The notes beneath the pieces were generated by a model. The model worked only from the letters and a program-made list of their open reading frames with translations. It searched no databases and had not been told where the DNA came from. DNA of 64,000 nucleotides from positions 35,188 through 99,187 of the forward strand of contig DAOTVC010000039.1 in the NCBI GenBank assembly GCA_034437215.1. The letters run 5' to 3'. Shown here in pieces: positions 38,771 through 50,066 of the stretch (position 1 is the stretch's first letter; each line of letters opens with the position of its first letter). Made by a program: the position numbers and the translations under genes. This DNA is from Anaerolineae bacterium. Its GTDB lineage: Bacteria > Chloroflexota > Anaerolineae > B4-G1 > SLSP01.

Positions 38771-39988
38771 CTAGTCCAGCACCTTAGTAATGACCCCAGC
38801 GCCTACGGTCAGACCACCCTCGCGGATGGCGAAGCGGGACCCGGCCTCGAGAGCCACAGGCTCGATGAGCTCGATGGTCATCTCGGTGCGGTCACCCGGC
38901 ATCACCATCTCCACGCCCTCGGGCAGCTCAACGGAGCCGGTGATGTCCATCGTGTTGATGTAGAACTGCGGCTTGTAGCCACTGAAGAAGGGGTTGTGAC
39001 GCCCACCCTCGTCGCGGCGCAGGATGTAGACCTCGCTCTCGAACTTGCGCTTGGCGTGAATGGAGCCGGGCTTCGCAACCACGATACCCCGACCCACCTC
39101 GTCCTTGCCCACACCGCGCAGGAGCAGACCGGCGTTGTCGCCGGCCACGACCTTGTCCAGAATCTTGTGGAACATCTCCATGGAGGTGACCACCGTCTTG
39201 CGGGGCTTCTCTTCGAGACCCACCAGCTCCACCTCGGTGTTGGGGGTGAGCGTACCACGCTCCACGCGTCCGGTCACGACCGTACCGCGCCCCTTGATGG
39301 AGAAGACGTCCTCGATGGGCATCAGGAAAGGCTTGTCCTCCTCGCGCTCCGGCGTGGGGATGTACTCGTCCACGACACGCATCAGCTCCCAGATCGGAGC
39401 GTAGCACTCGTCCTCGGGATCATCGCTCTCACAGTTCAGCGCCTGGAGGGCGGAACCGCGGACGATGGGCGTCTCGTCGCCGGGGAACCCGTAGGTGCTG
39501 AGCAGCTCACGGATCTCCAGCTCGACCAGCTCCAGGAGCTCGGGGTCGTCCATCAGATCGACCTTGTTCAGGAAGACGACGATGGCCGGAACCTCTACCT
39601 GGCGGGCCAACAGGATGTGCTCGCGCGTCTGGGGCATCGGGCCGTCGACGGCGGAGACCACCAGAATGGCCCCGTCCATCTGCGCGGCACCGGTGATCAT
39701 GTTCTTGATGTAGTCACGGTGACCGGGGCAGTCGACGTGCGCGTAGTGGCGGTTCTCCGTCTCGTACTCGACGTGCGAGATGGCGACCGTCAGAATCTTG
39801 GTGGCGTCGCGCCGGAACATCTTGGCGTCGGCCTTGGCCACGTCGTCGTACCCGCGGTAGTTCGACCAACCCTTGGTCGCCAGCGTCTTGGTGATCGCGG
39901 CGGTCAAGGTCGTCTTGCCGTGGTCGATATGACCGATAGTTCCCACGTTCACGTGGGGCTTCGTGCGTTCAAACTTCTCCTTACCCAT
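38771..39988 (-). CDS. tuf: Translation elongation factor Tu
   Basis: [18 protein letters not shown] motifs; 405 aa. Confidence 0.95.
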   Translation of the reverse strand: MGKEKFERTKPHVNVGTIGHIDHGKTTLTAAITKTLATKGWSNYRGYDDVAKADAKMFRRDATKILTVAISHVEYETENRHYAHVDCPGHRDYIKNMITGAAQMDGAILVVSAVDGPMPQTREHILLARQVEVPAIVVFLNKVDLMDDPELLELVELEIRELLSTYGFPGDETPIVRGSALQALNCESDDPEDECYAPIWELMRVVDEYIPTPEREEDKPFLMPIEDVFSIKGRGTVVTGRVERGTLTPNTEVELVGLEEKPRKTVVTSMEMFHKILDKVVAGDNAGLLLRGVGKDEVGRGIVVAKPGSIHAKRKFESEVYILRRDEGGRHNPFFSGYKPQFYINTMDITGSVELPEGVEMVMPGDRTEMTIELIEPVALEAGSRFAIREGGLTVGAGVITKVLD

Positions 39989-40029
39989 TACTTCCCTCTC
40001 CTTTTGTCGTGATGATTTCGCTTCACTCT

Positions 40030-42108
40030 TTAGGATGATCGGCCATACACGATGGCTGCCATCTGTCCGGACTCCACCGGTTCATAGTGGTGGAACTCCA
40101 TCGTAAAGGTGCCCCGACCTTGAGTAGCACTCCGTAGGTCGGTAGCATATCCAAACATCTGGGCCAGCGGGGCAAACGCCCGCACGGCCTGAACATTGCC
40201 AGCCCGAGGCTCCATCGCCTGGATATCGGCGCCTCTGGCATTGAGGTCGCCCAGAACATCCCCGAGATAAACCTCAGGCACAACCGCCTCCACATTCATG
40301 ATGGGCTCCAGGAGCACCGGGCTTGCGGTCTCCACCGCCTGCCGGAAAGCCTGGGCGGCAGCTGCGCGAAAGGCCATCTCCGTCGAGAGCGTCGGGTCGG
40401 CCTCCGCATCCACCAGCTCGATCTCGAGCCCTACCAGCGGATATCCCGCCAGGAATCCGCTCTCCAACGATTCCACCACGCCGGCCCGGATCGCCTCCAG
40501 ATAGTGGGCGGGGAGCTTACCGTCGCGCAGAGCGCTCTCGAAGTGCGTATCCCGTCCCACAGCCGCCGGACGAACCGTCAGGTTCACGCGGGCGTACTGC
40601 GGTTTACCCGCCAGGATCCGATCGAAGACAATGTCGATCGAAGCCGGCTCGGTAACCGTCTCCTTGTACGCCACGCGCGGACGTCCTACGTTAGCCTGCA
40701 CCCGGAACTCGCGTAACATGCGATCCACCAGTATCTCCAGGTGCAGCTCGCCCATGCCGGCGATGATAGTCTGACCCGTAGCCTCATCTATCCGTACCCG
40801 GAAGGTGGGGTCCTCCTCCGCCAGCCGATCCAGAGCCTCGTTGAGGCGCTCCTGATCGGCGATCGTCCGCGGCTCCACCGCCACGAAGATCACCGGCTCC
40901 GGGAAGCGAATGCTCTCCAGGACGATGGGCGCGTTGATGGCGCTCAGGGTATCCCCCGTGAAACTCGTCTTGAGCCCCACGGTAGCCCCGATATCACCGG
41001 CCTGCAGCTCCTCCACCTCTTCCCGGTGGTCGGCGAACATCCGCAGCAGCCGGGAGATCCGCTCCCGGGCTCCCTTGGTGGCGTTATAGACCACCCCACC
41101 CTGGCGAATCACGCCCGAGTAGACGCGGAAGTAAGCCAACCGGCCCGCGTAGGGGTCAGCAGCAATTTTAAAGATCAAGGCAGCCAGCGGCGCTTCAGGG
41201 TCCGCCGGTCGCTCCTCCACACCCTTCTTGGTCTCGCCCTCCACCGGTGGAATATCCAACGGCGAAGGCAGATAGTGCACGATCGCATTCAACAGAGGCT
41301 GGACGCCCTTGTTGCGCAGAGCCGATCCGCAGAGCACCGGTTGCACCGCGCCGGCGATCGTCGCGCGACGCAGCGCGGCGCGCAGGTCGGCCACCGGCAG
41401 CTCCTCACCCTCCAGGTAGAGGAGCATCAGATCGTCATCGGTCTCCACGATGGCCTCGATCATCGCCTCGCGGGCGATCTCGGCCTCCGCCAGGACCTCC
41501 TCCGGAATCGGAACGAACTTGGACTGCGCGCCCAGTTCGTCCGGCCAGACGATGCCCTGCCATTCCAGGAGATCCACGGCCCCCCGGAAGTCGGCCTCGG
41601 CACCGATGGGCCACTGAATGGGGATGGGGTGGGCGCCCAACCGCTCACGCAGCGTCTCGACCGCGCGGGCGAAATCGGCCCCCAGCTTGTCCATCTTGTT
41701 GATGAAGGCGACGAGCGGAACGCCGAAGGATTTGGCCTGTCGCCAGACCGTCTCCGACTGCGGCTCTACCCCCGCCATCCCATCAAAGACCACGATCCCG
41801 CCGTCCAAAACGCGCAGACTGCGCTGCACTTCGGCGGTGAAGTCGATGTGCCCCGGGGTGTCGACGATGTTGATCTGGTGATCCTGCCAGAAGCAGGTCA
41901 CGGCTGCGGAGGTGATGGTAATGCCCCGCTCACGCTCCTGGACCATCCAGTCGGTCACGGTGGTCCCTTCGTCGACGTTACCCAGGCGGTGGGTGCGACC
42001 GGTGTAGTAGAGAATGCGTTCGGTCGTCGTCGTCTTGCCCGCATCGATGTGGGCGATGATGCCGATGTTGCGAATATTCTCGAGTGAATGTACTTTAGAC
42101 TTAGGCAT
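40030..42108 (-). CDS. fusA: Translation elongation factor G
   Basis: [12 protein letters not shown].. GTPase plus domains II-V; 692 aa. Confidence 0.95.
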   Translation of the reverse strand: MPKSKVHSLENIRNIGIIAHIDAGKTTTTERILYYTGRTHRLGNVDEGTTVTDWMVQERERGITITSAAVTCFWQDHQINIVDTPGHIDFTAEVQRSLRVLDGGIVVFDGMAGVEPQSETVWRQAKSFGVPLVAFINKMDKLGADFARAVETLRERLGAHPIPIQWPIGAEADFRGAVDLLEWQGIVWPDELGAQSKFVPIPEEVLAEAEIAREAMIEAIVETDDDLMLLYLEGEELPVADLRAALRRATIAGAVQPVLCGSALRNKGVQPLLNAIVHYLPSPLDIPPVEGETKKGVEERPADPEAPLAALIFKIAADPYAGRLAYFRVYSGVIRQGGVVYNATKGARERISRLLRMFADHREEVEELQAGDIGATVGLKTSFTGDTLSAINAPIVLESIRFPEPVIFVAVEPRTIADQERLNEALDRLAEEDPTFRVRIDEATGQTIIAGMGELHLEILVDRMLREFRVQANVGRPRVAYKETVTEPASIDIVFDRILAGKPQYARVNLTVRPAAVGRDTHFESALRDGKLPAHYLEAIRAGVVESLESGFLAGYPLVGLEIELVDAEADPTLSTEMAFRAAAAQAFRQAVETASPVLLEPIMNVEAVVPEVYLGDVLGDLNARGADIQAMEPRAGNVQAVRAFAPLAQMFGYATDLRSATQGRGTFTMEFHHYEPVESGQMAAIVYGRSS

Positions 42109-42208
42109 AGTCGCTCAGTCGTTGGGTCTGCCCGTCGTTTAGCCTGCGTATCGTAGCTGCCATAGCTGCTCTCCGACCGGGCACCTAAACCACCGGGCGA
42201 CTAGATGA

Positions 42209-42679
42209 CTACCAGCGCAGATGCGCGAAGGCGCGGTTCGCTTCGGCCATCTTGAGGGTATCTTCGCGCCGCTTGACCGCAGAACCGGCCCCTTGGGCAG
42301 CGTCCATCAATTCGGCCGCCAGCTTCTCCACCATCCCCCGCCCGTGGCGCTTACGAGCGGCCTCGAGCAACCAGCGGATGGCCAGCGAGACCTGCCGGTA
42401 GGCCGTAACCTCGACGGGAATCTGATAGGTGGACCCCCCAACCCGGCGGGGCTTCACCTCGACGGGCGGCGAGACATTACGAATCGCCGACTCAAAGATC
42501 TCCAACGCCGGCTTCTTCATCCGCGCCTCGGCCAGCTCCATCGCATCGTACATGGTCTGGCGGGCAATACTCTTCTTGCCGCCGCGCATCATGCGATTGA
42601 TGAACTTCTGCACCAAAACGCTATTGTATCTGACATCGGGCGCGATCTCGCGCTTGGAAGGACGGTACCTTCTGGGCAT
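42209..42679 (-). CDS. rpsG: 30S ribosomal protein S7
   Basis: Typical S7. Confidence 0.9.
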   Translation of the reverse strand: MPRRYRPSKREIAPDVRYNSVLVQKFINRMMRGGKKSIARQTMYDAMELAEARMKKPALEIFESAIRNVSPPVEVKPRRVGGSTYQIPVEVTAYRQVSLAIRWLLEAARKRHGRGMVEKLAAELMDAAQGAGSAVKRREDTLKMAEANRAFAHLRW

Positions 42680-42696
42680 CTATCTTTCCTCTCTCG

Positions 42697-43110
42697 TTAG
42701 GACTTCTTGGTTCCGTACTTGGAACGCCGCTGCTCACGCCCCTCAACACCGGTAGTGTCCAGGGTCCCGCGCACGATGTGATAACGCACACCGGGCAGAT
42801 CCTTTACACGACCACCCCGCACGAGCACCACGGAGTGCTCCTGAAGGTTATGGCCCTCACCGGGGATGTAAGCCGTGACCTCCACACGATTCGAGAGACG
42901 CACGCGCGCGATCTTCCGCAAGGCCGAGTTCGGCTTCTTGGGGGTGGTGGTCCGCACGATCGTGCAGACGCCCCGCTTCTGCGGATTCCCGCCCTCAACG
43001 CGCACCCGCTTGCCCTTCAACGTATTGTAGTTGTAGAGCAGCGCGGGAGACTTGGACTTGCTCTCCTTGCGTTTTCGTCCCTTACGCACCAACTGATTAA
43101 TCGTAGGCAC
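42697..43110 (-). CDS. rpsL: 30S ribosomal protein S12
   Basis: [22 protein letters not shown].. Confidence 0.9.
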   Translation of the reverse strand: MPTINQLVRKGRKRKESKSKSPALLYNYNTLKGKRVRVEGGNPQKRGVCTIVRTTTPKKPNSALRKIARVRLSNRVEVTAYIPGEGHNLQEHSVVLVRGGRVKDLPGVRYHIVRGTLDTTGVEGREQRRSKYGTKKS

Positions 43111-43270
43111 TTATCTTCCTCCTAATAACTCCACTGAAGAAGGCCATCGAGAAACATTGATGGCCTCTTCGTTGCGACCTTATTCAGATTTTAACGGGCG
43201 ACAGGGTATCTGGCTGTCACCCTCTTGCGAAAGCACATTCTACCATGAAAGCGAAAAACGTCAACTGCAG

Positions 43271-43312
43271 CTAACAAAAAGGGTGTGGCTGTAAAAGATC
43301 GCAGCCACACCC
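43271..43312 (-). terminator. Intrinsic terminator downstream of rpoB: 11-bp stem GGGTGTGGCTG/CAGCCACACCC followed on the minus strand by a U-tract (plus-strand AAAAAG at 43275-43280)
   Basis: Seen in the sequence between the rpoB stop and the rpsL promoter region. Confidence 0.55.
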
Positions 43313-43333
43313 TACCTCTCAACTCCCGGGCGC

Positions 43334-46300
43334 CTACCGTCGCTCGGGCGCCAATCCCAGCAGGCCCATACCCAACTTGGGCGTCTGAGCCTGCCGCTCC
43401 TCCCGCCCAAAGCGCAAGACGTCGCCCGAGTCGGTGATGGCTTCCACCGCGAGGGCCAGACTCTGCAGCTCCTTGACGAGCACCTTGAAGGAGGCCGGAA
43501 TCCCCGGCTCCTCGATGGGCAGGCCCTTGACGATGGACTCGTAGGCCTTTACCCGCCCCTGCACATCGTCCGATTTGATGGTCAGCATCTCCTGCAGGGT
43601 GTAGGCGGCCCCGTAGGCCTCCAACGCCCAGACCTCCATCTCACCGAAGCGCTGCCCACCGAACTGGGCCTTACCGCCCAACGGCTGCTGCGTCACCAGG
43701 GAGTAGGGGCCGGTCGAACGCGTGTGCACCTTGTCCTCCACCAGGTGGGCCAACTTGAGCATGTAGATAATGCCCACAGTCACCGGTTGGTCGAAGGGGC
43801 GTCCCGTCTTGCCGTCATACAACATCATCTTGCCCAGCGTGGGCAGGGAAGAGTTGTGCTGCAGGCTGTAACTGGTCGCCGTGTGGACGATCTCTTCGTC
43901 GGAGAGCCCCTCGGTGGACATCCCCTGCTCCTCCATCCAGAGCTTCAGACAGACCACCTGGGCCTGCTCGTCCACGGCGTCGCGCTGCGCCCGCGGGCGG
44001 TCGTCGTCCTCGAAGGTTAACACGCTGTCGGGATCGTACCCCAACTCCCGCAACCACTCGCGCAGCACCGAGCGCCGGGCATAGGTGCGATCGTCCCGCA
44101 GGCGATCAATGTCGTAGTCCAGCTGGGAGAGCCAGGCAGCGACGTAGATCAAGCGGGCTTCGTCATCGTCGCGCAGCTGCTCCAGATCGAAGTTCTGGGC
44201 CTTGAGCCAGGTCCACGCGCGCTCCAGGGCCTCTTCCCAGGCACGGTCGATGAGCCAGGCGCGCGCCATCTCGGCGGCGATCTCCTGCTCGTTCGCCCCG
44301 TCGAAGACCGGGGTGATGGTGCGGAAGCCCAGACGCTCCGCCGCCCACCCCAAGTGGGTCTCCAGCACCTGACCGATATTCATACGACCGGGTACGCCCA
44401 GGGGGTTGAGGATGATGTCGATGGTCCGCCCGTCGTCGAGGAAGGGCATGTCCTCCACCGGCACGACCTGGGAGATGACACCCTTGTTGCCGTGGCGCCC
44501 GGCCATCTTGTCGCCCTCGGTGATCTTGCGCCGCTGGGCCACGCTCACCCGCACGACCTTCTCCACACCCGCGGGCAGGTCTCGATACTCTTCGCGGTCA
44601 AAGACCTTGACGTCCACGACCTTGCCGTGGGCCCCGTGAGGCATACGCAGGCTCGTGTCCTTCACATCCCGCAGCTTCTCTCCGAAGATGGCGCGCAGGA
44701 GCTTCTCCTCGGGCGTGAGCTCCTTCTCGCCCTTCGGCGTGATCTTGCCCACCAGAATGTCCAGGGGCCCGACCTCGGCCCCCACGCGGATGACCCCCTC
44801 TTCGTCGAGGTCACGCAGGGCGTCGTCAGAGACGTTGGGAATCTCCCGAGTGACCTCCTCGGGTCCCAGCTTCGTATCGCGGGCCGTCAGCTCGTGCTTC
44901 TCGATGTGAACCGAGGTGAACTGGTCGTCGCGCACCAGATCCTTGCTGAGGAGAATGGCGTCCTCGTAGTTGCCCCCCTCCCACGACATGAAGGCGACGA
45001 GCACGTTCTGGCCCAGGGCCAGGTTGCCCCCCTCCGTCGAGGAGCTGTCGGCGAGCACCGTCCCCTTCTGCACCCGCTGTCCCCGGCGCACCACGGGACG
45101 CTGGTCCACGCAGGTGCTCTGGTTGGAGCGTTGATACTTCCGCAGCTCGTAGCTCTCCAGATTACCGTCGTCCCCCAATACGACGATCTCGTATCCGGAG
45201 ACGCCGATGACCACACCCGACTTACGGGCGCTGATGACGAGCCCGGAGTTCGCCGCTGCCGGACCCTCCATCCCAGTCCCCACGAGCGGGGCCTCGGGCT
45301 GAATGAGGGGCACGGCCTGGCGCTGCATGTTCGAGCCCATGAGAGCGCGGTTGGCGTCGTCGTGCTCCAGGAAGGGGATGAGAGAGGCGGAGATGCCGAC
45401 GATCTGAATGGGAGCTACGTCGACGAAGTCGATGCGCTCGGGTGTGGTGAAGATGAACTGGTCACCCCGCCGGGCAGCGATGCGCCGCAGGCGGAAGTAG
45501 CCCTCTTCGTCGAGCAGGGTGTTGGCCTGGGCGATGACGTAGGGCTCCTCCTTGTCCGCCGAGAGGTAGATGACCTCGCCCGTTACGCGAGGTTGAATCC
45601 GCACCGGATCCTTCAGCGGCAGCGCCGCAATCCGCTCGGCGAGTTCCCGGTCGATCTGCGTGCCCGCCGCCGCGACGACGTCCCCGCTCTCCGGGTCCTC
45701 AAGATCGTCCCGCAGCGTCTCGCCGACCAGCTGCTCGGCGATGTTGGGCACCACACGGATGACCTTCCGGTAGGGGGTCTCGATGAAGCCCAAGTCATTG
45801 ATGCGCGCGTAGGAGCCCAGGCGACCGATGAGGCCAATGTTCGGACCCTCGGGGGTCTCGATGGGGCAGATACGCCCGTAGTGGCTGTGGTGCACGTCGC
45901 GGACGTCGAAGCCGGCGCGCTCACGGCGCAGACCACCGGGGCCCAACGCCGACAGCGTGCGCTTATGGGTGAGGCTGGAGAGCGGGTTGGTCTGCTCCAT
46001 AAACTGTGAGAGCTGGCTGGAGCCGAAGAACTCGCGGATGGAAGCGACCACCGGGCGGATGTTGATGAGGCTGACGGGGGTCGGGGACTCGTCGCGGATA
46101 CTCATCCGCTCCTTGACCACCCGCTCCATCCGCACCAGACCCACACGCACCTTGGCCTGGACCAGCTCCCCGACGGTCTTCACCCGGCGGTTGCCCAGGT
46201 GGTCCATGTCGTCGGGGCCGGCGACGCCGTTGTTGATGTGGATCATACGCCGCGTCAGATTGACGAGGTCTTCCTTCGTGATGGTCCGCACCGCCATGGG

Positions 46301-47236
46301 CACGTTCAAGCCCATGCGCTGGTTCAGCTTGTAGCGCCCCACCCGCTGCAGGTTGTAGCGCTGGGAGTCGAAGAGCTGGGAGATCATGTACTCCTGAGCA
46401 TTCTCGAGGGTGGGCGGATCGCCGGGGCGCATGCGCCGGTAGAACTCGATGAGCGCCTCTTCGGCGACGGTGCGGTTGTTCTTGGGATCCCAGGTCGGCT
46501 CCTGGCGGATGGTGGTGGCGACCCAGGGGTGATCGGGATCGTTGTCGGCTTCCTCGAAGAGCTGGAAGAGCTCCTCGTCCGTCCCCTCCACGAGCACGTC
46601 ACTGTGCAGCTCGTCATCGACGGCAGCCAGGGCGCGCAGGAAGATGGTGATGGGGATGGTGCGTTTGCGGTTGAAGCGCAGGGTGAGGTAGCCGGACTTC
46701 CGGGTCTCGAACTCCATCCAGGCTCCCCGATCGGGGATGAGCTTGGCGGTCGCCAGACGGCGTCCCCCCTCTTCGTCCATCCCGAAGTAGACACCCGGCG
46801 AGCGAATGAGCTGGCTGACGACGACGCGCTCCGTCCCGTTAATGATAAAGGTGGCGTTCTCGGTCATCAGGGGCAGATCCCCCAGGAAGATCTCCTGCTG
46901 GACGATCTCGCTCGTCTCCCGGTTCACCAGGGCCACGTCCACGTAGAGAGGCACGGCGTAGGTTAGATCGCGGTTTAAGCACTCTTCACGGGAGTGCTTG
47001 GGCTCTCCAAAACGATAGGAGAGATCGAAGTCGGCCTCGCGGGCCCTCTTGCCCGGCAGATAGAGGCTCAACAGGCCGTTGTAGCTCTCGATGGGTGAAA
47101 TTTCGTCAAAGAGGTTCTGCAGCCCCTCTTCCTGCAACCAGTGATAAGATTGTAACTGAACTTCGACAAGACCGGGTAGCGGCAAAGCGCTAGAAATGCG
47201 TGCGTACGACTTTACTCCCAGGTCAGTTGTTGTCAT
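43334..47236 (-). CDS. rpoB: DNA-directed RNA polymerase beta subunit; rpoC is not adjacent
   Basis: 1300 aa with the conserved beta-subunit regions. The next gene downstream is rpsL, not rpoC. Confidence 0.95.
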   Translation of the reverse strand: MTTTDLGVKSYARISSALPLPGLVEVQLQSYHWLQEEGLQNLFDEISPIESYNGLLSLYLPGKRAREADFDLSYRFGEPKHSREECLNRDLTYAVPLYVDVALVNRETSEIVQQEIFLGDLPLMTENATFIINGTERVVVSQLIRSPGVYFGMDEEGGRRLATAKLIPDRGAWMEFETRKSGYLTLRFNRKRTIPITIFLRALAAVDDELHSDVLVEGTDEELFQLFEEADNDPDHPWVATTIRQEPTWDPKNNRTVAEEALIEFYRRMRPGDPPTLENAQEYMISQLFDSQRYNLQRVGRYKLNQRMGLNVPMAVRTITKEDLVNLTRRMIHINNGVAGPDDMDHLGNRRVKTVGELVQAKVRVGLVRMERVVKERMSIRDESPTPVSLINIRPVVASIREFFGSSQLSQFMEQTNPLSSLTHKRTLSALGPGGLRRERAGFDVRDVHHSHYGRICPIETPEGPNIGLIGRLGSYARINDLGFIETPYRKVIRVVPNIAEQLVGETLRDDLEDPESGDVVAAAGTQIDRELAERIAALPLKDPVRIQPRVTGEVIYLSADKEEPYVIAQANTLLDEEGYFRLRRIAARRGDQFIFTTPERIDFVDVAPIQIVGISASLIPFLEHDDANRALMGSNMQRQAVPLIQPEAPLVGTGMEGPAAANSGLVISARKSGVVIGVSGYEIVVLGDDGNLESYELRKYQRSNQSTCVDQRPVVRRGQRVQKGTVLADSSSTEGGNLALGQNVLVAFMSWEGGNYEDAILLSKDLVRDDQFTSVHIEKHELTARDTKLGPEEVTREIPNVSDDALRDLDEEGVIRVGAEVGPLDILVGKITPKGEKELTPEEKLLRAIFGEKLRDVKDTSLRMPHGAHGKVVDVKVFDREEYRDLPAGVEKVVRVSVAQRRKITEGDKMAGRHGNKGVISQVVPVEDMPFLDDGRTIDIILNPLGVPGRMNIGQVLETHLGWAAERLGFRTITPVFDGANEQEIAAEMARAWLIDRAWEEALERAWTWLKAQNFDLEQLRDDDEARLIYVAAWLSQLDYDIDRLRDDRTYARRSVLREWLRELGYDPDSVLTFEDDDRPRAQRDAVDEQAQVVCLKLWMEEQGMSTEGLSDEEIVHTATSYSLQHNSSLPTLGKMMLYDGKTGRPFDQPVTVGIIYMLKLAHLVEDKVHTRSTGPYSLVTQQPLGGKAQFGGQRFGEMEVWALEAYGAAYTLQEMLTIKSDDVQGRVKAYESIVKGLPIEEPGIPASFKVLVKELQSLALAVEAITDSGDVLRFGREERQAQTPKLGMGLLGLAPERR

Positions 47237-47440
47237 CCTTAATCCTCTCCTCTTGGAGTTCTCCAGAAATCCCCCGCCGGATTCTGTGGACCAATGCGCA
47301 GCTTTACTTTAAACGCCAAACGGAAGCGAGGAAAATGCCCGCTTCTCGTTGTAATCCTGTCTGTAGCGATATCTCAAGCGATTGAGTATTATACCATGTC
47401 TCCTGCAGGCGTCAAAGGGGCTTTGGATATTCAAGCAGGA

Positions 47441-47596
47441 CTGCCCTGGAAAAACTCCTTCCAACACGGAGAACACCGAGAAAACCAAGGAGATAGTGAA
47501 ACATCTTTATAAAAAGCGCTCTTGTGCCTGATTTTATGAAGTCCGATTTAAAAAATCTCCGTGCCCTCTGTGGTAAAAAGGCTTTTTTCAGCAGAG
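47441..47596. mobile_element. MITE-like ~156-bp palindromic element, copy 1, flanked by a perfect 10-bp direct repeat TCAAGCAGGA (47431-47440 and 47597-47606)
   Basis: Seen in the sequence. Terminal inverted repeats (CTGCCCTGGAAAAA.. / ..TTTTTTCAGCAGAG) and internal ACGGAGA / TCTCCGT symmetry. Homologous copies at 49606-49762 and 63197-63330. Confidence 0.55.
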
Positions 47597-47643
47597 TCAA
47601 GCAGGAATTTTGGATATCCCGGAGCAGGAAGCCCTGTAGGCCC

Positions 47644-48354
47644 TCAAGCAAGCGCGCTGTCCGGCCGGCGCTCCGGAGACCCGGGGGCCGGTGCAGTCCC
47701 GTCCCCCGCCTCCAGCTGCGCGACGTCACCGGCGTAGGCACCCCGGTAGGAGGGGGGCAACAGGCGCGCGATGCGCACCATAATCCGCTGGGTGGCCACC
47801 GCCAGCTCCTCGGAGCGCAACCGCCCCTCTTTCTCCAGGCGGAAGGGCTCCCCGAAGACCACCCGCACCTTCATCCGCTGCAACCGTCGAAGGCGCGACC
47901 CCATCTGCTCCGTACCCGTGATGGCGACGGGCAGGAGGGGCACGTGAGCGTGGGCCGCCAGGAAGGCCACCCCGGGCTTTCCCGGCTGCAGGGAGGCCGT
48001 TCTCGAACGTGTGCCCTCCGGCGCCAGCCCCAACACCTTGCCCTCCTCGAGGAGCTGCAAGGCCTGCATCAGCGCGCTGCGGTCGAACTCGGAGCGCCGC
48101 ACCCAGATGGGATCGGTCATCTTCAAGAACCAGTGGAAGAAGGGGTAGGATTTATACTTTTCCGCCACCATCCCGTAGACCCGTCGGGGACAGGCGATGC
48201 CGAGCAGGGGCGTGTCCAGCCGGCTGATATGATTCGTCGCCAGAATCAGCCCCCCCTCGGAGGGCACGTTCTCCGCCCCCACGACCTCGATGCGCGCAAG
48301 CAGACGAAAGAGCAGCGCGACGGCCTTCTGCAATCTACGAAAGCTGGTATCCAT
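47644..48354 (-). CDS. plsC: 1-acyl-sn-glycerol-3-phosphate acyltransferase (PlsC family)
   Basis: Acyltransferase HxxxxD motif (NHISRLD) and PEGTRS motif. Confidence 0.75.
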   Translation of the reverse strand: MDTSFRRLQKAVALLFRLLARIEVVGAENVPSEGGLILATNHISRLDTPLLGIACPRRVYGMVAEKYKSYPFFHWFLKMTDPIWVRRSEFDRSALMQALQLLEEGKVLGLAPEGTRSRTASLQPGKPGVAFLAAHAHVPLLPVAITGTEQMGSRLRRLQRMKVRVVFGEPFRLEKEGRLRSEELAVATQRIMVRIARLLPPSYRGAYAGDVAQLEAGDGTAPAPGSPERRPDSALA

Positions 48355-48423
48355 TTTCCCTCACGTGCGGCAGTCTGCTGGTCGGTTCCACATCCCCAAG
48401 GCCCCTGCGGTATCCCACTTCTC

Positions 48424-49452
48424 TCACCCGGTCGTGCCCCAGGTCAGGACGGCATAGTCAGCCGGCTCGATGCCCCCCTTGGGCGTCAGCAGGACGGTGA
48501 AAGCAGCGCTCTCCCCGGAGGCGAGCGCCTGCTCCGCTGCCAACACCGCCTCCCGGTAGGCGATGACCTGGCCCTCCGCATCGTAGAGGGTGACGACGAC
48601 GGTCACGGGGCTCACAGGGGAGGGTGTGTCGTTGAGCACCCGACCGGCCACGCGGTACTGGGGGCCCGAGACCCCCGCCTGCAACTCGAGCAGGGTGAGG
48701 GGGACGAAGCCGGCGGTGATCGCACTGATCAGCTCCGCCCGCCGCAGGCTCACGCGCGCCTCCGCCGCTCCGGGCGGGGGGCTCTCGAAGAGCAGTGCGA
48801 AGGGCGCCCGCTTCCCCGGAGACAGATAGTCGGCGGCAGCCAGCGTGTTCTCGGTCACGAGGGGCGTTCCCCCGGCATCCAGCAGCGTCACCTGCACCTG
48901 CAGATTCGTGACGGGATTGGCCGTGGCGTTGACCACCTCGCCCATGCACCAGAGCCCTCCCACCGCCGTCGGGTAGAGCCCCACCCCCGAGGCCTCCAGG
49001 GGTATGGGCGTCGGTGTGGGTAACAAGAGATTATCGATGGGAAGAGGAGCAGCGACCTCCGCTTCCTCCTCGGTCGAGCGCAAGGGGATGACGAGGGACT
49101 GCCCGATGCTCAAGGCGTTCGGATCGTCGATCCCGTTGGCCGCCTGCAGGTCCTCCACGGCCACCCCATACTCGAAAGCGATGCCGAAGAGGGTGTCCCC
49201 CGACTCCACGATGTGCATGACGGGCGTCGGCGAGGGGGAGGGCGTGAAGGTGGGCGTGGGCAGAATGGGCGTCCTGAAGGACTCGGGATCAGCGGTAGGT
49301 GGACGCTGGGGGGCATTGGGCGCCAGGGCCTCGGTCGCCGTAGGGGAGGGCAGGGGCGTGAGAACGGTACCACAGCCGGACGCCAGAAGCAGCATCGCTA
49401 ACAGCGCCAACCGGCTCCTCACCCCGCTCATCCCTCTGCCTTGGCCTCTCAC
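48424..49452 (-). CDS. Secreted lipoprotein with one LysM domain and C-terminal repeated beta-rich domains
   Basis: Signal and lipobox LLASGC; LysM (HIVESGDTLFGIAFEYGVAVEDL..); the remainder is hypothetical. Confidence 0.6.
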   Translation of the reverse strand: MRGQGRGMSGVRSRLALLAMLLLASGCGTVLTPLPSPTATEALAPNAPQRPPTADPESFRTPILPTPTFTPSPSPTPVMHIVESGDTLFGIAFEYGVAVEDLQAANGIDDPNALSIGQSLVIPLRSTEEEAEVAAPLPIDNLLLPTPTPIPLEASGVGLYPTAVGGLWCMGEVVNATANPVTNLQVQVTLLDAGGTPLVTENTLAAADYLSPGKRAPFALLFESPPPGAAEARVSLRRAELISAITAGFVPLTLLELQAGVSGPQYRVAGRVLNDTPSPVSPVTVVVTLYDAEGQVIAYREAVLAAEQALASGESAAFTVLLTPKGGIEPADYAVLTWGTTG

Positions 49453-49537
49453 AGAGGAGAATTATAACACAGACTTCGTGAAAAACCAGTCATACAAATC
49501 TCAAACTTGTATACCCCCACTTGAGCCAGACCAAGGC

Positions 49538-49590
49538 GTGAAACGTGAACTGTGAGCCCCTCACGTTTCACGCTGTACGTTTCAGCCAGG
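49538..49590. promoter_or_regulatory. Palindromic element GTGAAACGTGA-N12-TCACGTTTCAC upstream of the LysM lipoprotein gene promoter; same motif family as the site at 1237-1275
   Basis: 11-bp perfect inverted arms seen in the sequence, about 45 nt upstream of a candidate extended -10 (TGTTATAAT, minus strand) for the 48424..49452 gene. Confidence 0.35.
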
Positions 49591-49605
49591 GGTAGCTCAT
49601 AACTG

Positions 49606-49762
49606 ACTGCCCTGAAAAAACTTCTTCCACCACGGAGAACACTGAGAAAATCAAGGAGATAGTGAAATATTTTTATAAAAACGCTCTGTTTCCTGATTTT
49701 ATGAAGGTCAATTTTAAAAAAATCTCCGTGCCCTCTGTGGTAAAAAGGCTTTTTTCAGCAGA
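49606..49762. mobile_element. MITE-like element, copy 2, flanked by TCATAACTGA / TCATAACTGG (9 of 10 bp target-site duplication)
   Basis: About 85% identical to copy 1 with the same termini. Confidence 0.55.
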
Positions 49763-50066
49763 GTCATAACTGGAGGGGAACCCTAGTGTTTTGTCAAGTG
49801 TCAATTGATGAACGTGCATGGCGTCTTATCAGCCGGGGTAACTCGACTGCAGTCGCTATCCGAGGCGCTAACGCACCGCACGCCGACCTACGTCGACGCG
49901 AGTTCCGTCCACGCAGGTGGACGGTCGGCCAACGGCCCCGGTAGAGTACTTCAGTGCTCGTTTGTGGCTGTTTATCAAATCAGGTTTGACAAACCACTAG
50001 AGTGATCAGCGACTGGAACGTGCCTCGCATCAGATGTGAGAAAACACGGGCACCAGGCGGCTGCTG

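Noticed and set aside
49790-50066. tmRNA, RNase P RNA, SRP RNA or a tRNA in the ORF-free region
   Set aside because: No GGUUCGAAUCC-type T-arm, no RNase P P4 consensus (AGGAAAGUCCGGGCUCC), and no SRP domain IV motif recognisable by eye. It is left as an unassigned structured region.
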